A DNA stretch of 64,000 nt, from the NCBI RefSeq assembly GCF_001194135.2, contig NC_068990.1:45085915-45149914 (forward strand). Direction: 5' to 3'. The notes beneath the pieces were generated by a model, which was given only the letters and a program-made list of their open reading frames with translations, made no database searches and had not been told where the DNA came from. Shown one piece after another: positions 61,766 to 64,000 of this stretch; the stretch's first letter is position 1, and every line of letters begins with the position of its first letter. The DNA is from Octopus bimaculoides. Taxonomy: Eukaryota. Made by a program: the position numbers and the translations under genes.

Positions 61766-64000
61766 TTGATGTCACAATTGAGTTGATGTATAATTTTTTT
61801 TGTTACCATACATTGTTTTATATCCAAATTATTAGTTATTTTCCATTCTATACCCTTTAACTTAATTTTTAAAAAAATAAATTCCCAGATAGGCACAGGT
61901 GTACCTGTGTGGTAAGACGTTTACTTTCCAACCACAAGGTTCTAAGTTCATTTCCACTGCAAGTGTCTTCTACTGTTAACCCTGTTTGACCAAAGCATTG
62001 TGATTGGATTTGGTAGATGGCAACTGAAAGAAGTCTGTCAGTGTGTGTGTGTGTGTGAGTACATATATATGTTAAACAATGATGATGTGTGTGTGTTTGT
62101 CTCTCCCCTTATCACTTGACAACTGTGTTGGTTTGTTTACATCCCTGTAACTTAGTGGTTCAACAAAAGAAACTGATAGTAGCAAGCTTAAAAAAAAACT
62201 ACTGGGGTCAATTTGTTTGACTTAAACCCTTCAATGCTGTGCATCATCCTGGTTGCAGTCCAATGTCTGAAACAAGTAAAAGATAGAAGCTAAATTCCAT
62301 ATTAGCATGAAAATAAACTACAAAATTAAAAATTTCTGTTAATAACTAACATTTTATACTTGATCACCCTGAACTAAAGTCCTTTGGACTGTAGAACATT
62401 GTTTTGAATTCACAACTTTCTGTAACCGTTCAACAGATTCTGCTATAATGAACCAAGTTTCCAGCATGAAAAAGTTTACAATTGTAAACAGTATTGAACT
62501 CATGTGTTACAGCCTTAAAATCTATAATGAATTGAAGGAGGTTGAGAACAGTGCCCTACTCAACACTAAATTCATCAAGAGCACTTGTTCTGGTATACTT
62601 TACAAGCATCACACTATATCGGGACTCTTGTTATAATAAATAACATGACTGAAGAGAGGTCTCTTTTACTGGAAAAGTGTGTAGAAACAGTTAAGCCAAA
62701 GAAAAACTTCATCAAAATAAAAGTCCTTCACCTGATAAGCAAAGCTTTATTCACCAATACTCTACAACCACTAACCTACTCTCTAGATGTGTGCCTTCTC
62801 ACTCAGTTCCATTTTTTTTTCTCTTGAACTTGCCAACATTGTACCACCTACAAACTGTCTATTACCAATCTTCCTATAACTTTTATTTTCTCTCTCTCTC
62901 TTCTTTCTCTACATCCTATATCAAGTATTTTTTCACAGTCTTCTGTAACTGCCTTAAACCAGTTAATGATTCAATTTAACCATTATTAACTTTACACTCA
63001 CCCAGTTATCTCTATGTCCTTGTATATGGGAGAGGAGGATGTTTCAAAGGTTACGGACACTGTCCCTCCTTAGCTTAACTAGTAGAAAATAAAGTAGCTC
63101 ATGTAAAACTAAACACATGCACAACATATCTGCATACATTTTTCTCTTATGAAAGCTTAGTAAATGACCTTCAAAGGGCAAGATATATCTAACAAAATAC
63201 TTCATACTGTAAGGTTTATCAGAATAATGGCTATCTAGTTTATGACCAAGTTACAACATATGTACATTTTTACACATTCCTTAACTTGTTGTTTTTTTTC
63301 ATAATATATACTATGTTTGCTGGTGTATAAGGTACACTCTCACAGAAGATGCTCCCCTATTTTATAAGTATATTCTGTGGAAAAAAACAAATTTGCTGTG
63401 TTTTATCAAACACATATTGAAAGATATTTTAAAGTAGTTTTGTATGGAAAAATGTATAATTCTGTGCATGTAAACATAACATTGCGACAGTACACTGGAA
63501 TAAAGTATGAAACTATACATTTATCATAAATAAACTACATTATAGGAGTATTGTATTTCAGTTGTATCTTCCTTCAGATCAACTGTATAATTGTTTATAT
63601 TTTGGTCAAGAGAATTGCTATCCAGGATGTAAAACTCTTCTTTTTGAGCTATGATGTTTCGCGTTACCAAGATTGACCATCAAGTTGGTGCACCACTGCT
63701 ATGGTTTTATTGTTAGCCGTATGTGAGAAAGGACTTCTAACCATAGGAACCAAGCTAAAACAGACTGGAGTCTGGTGCACCTCTCCGACTTACCAGCTCT
63801 CATCAAACTGTCTAACCCATGCTAGCATGGAAAATGGACATTAAATGATGGTGATACGTGCAAATAACTGACAGGTAGATGAAAGTTTATCATGCTTTTC
63901 ATCTCTCTGGGAGAATTATTCATATAGATGATTACAAAATGTTACTTAAATGTAAGACACTTATCAAATAACATAAGACATATCAGGTGTGAGTTATTTA

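Noticed and set aside
50218-64000. TSC2 exon 3 candidates (e.g. acceptors near 50217, 53206, 56150)
   Set aside because: None encodes the expected ELS...RIR...EE-type segment; the next exon probably lies beyond the window.

Overview
AT-rich, repeat-dense animal genomic DNA. The repeat families (RTE LINE pieces with (ATG)n tails, several tRNA-derived SINE families, (AT)n/(AC)n arrays) suggest an octopus or other coleoid cephalopod; this is an inference from recognition, not a database hit. Two protein-coding genes can be supported. (1) NPRL3, the GATOR1 subunit, on the minus strand: 12 coding exons from ATG 31430 down to 145, all GT-AG and phase-consistent (1562 nt, about 520 codons); the last exon lies left of the window. 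(2) The first coding exon (49053-49190, 46 codons) of a plus-strand gene that resembles TSC2/tuberin, preceded by three upstream ORFs; I found no second exon in the window. The two mTORC1-inhibitor genes are divergent and 17.6 kb apart. Several unassigned exon-like segments lie between them. The rest is mobile-element debris: RTE LINEs, an Expander-like RTE, two mariners, a DUF4817/Tc3-type element, a Tigger MITE, piggyBac-like MITEs, a Chapaev3-like fragment and many SINEs. The most unusual element is a ~490 bp foldback (3380-3870) made of two head-to-head tRNA-derived units. Each unit ends in a minimal, dimer-type hammerhead ribozyme motif, and the left copy has an intact catalytic core. There is no CRISPR array, rRNA or convincing functional tRNA. 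Repeat boundaries without TIR/TSD support are approximate.
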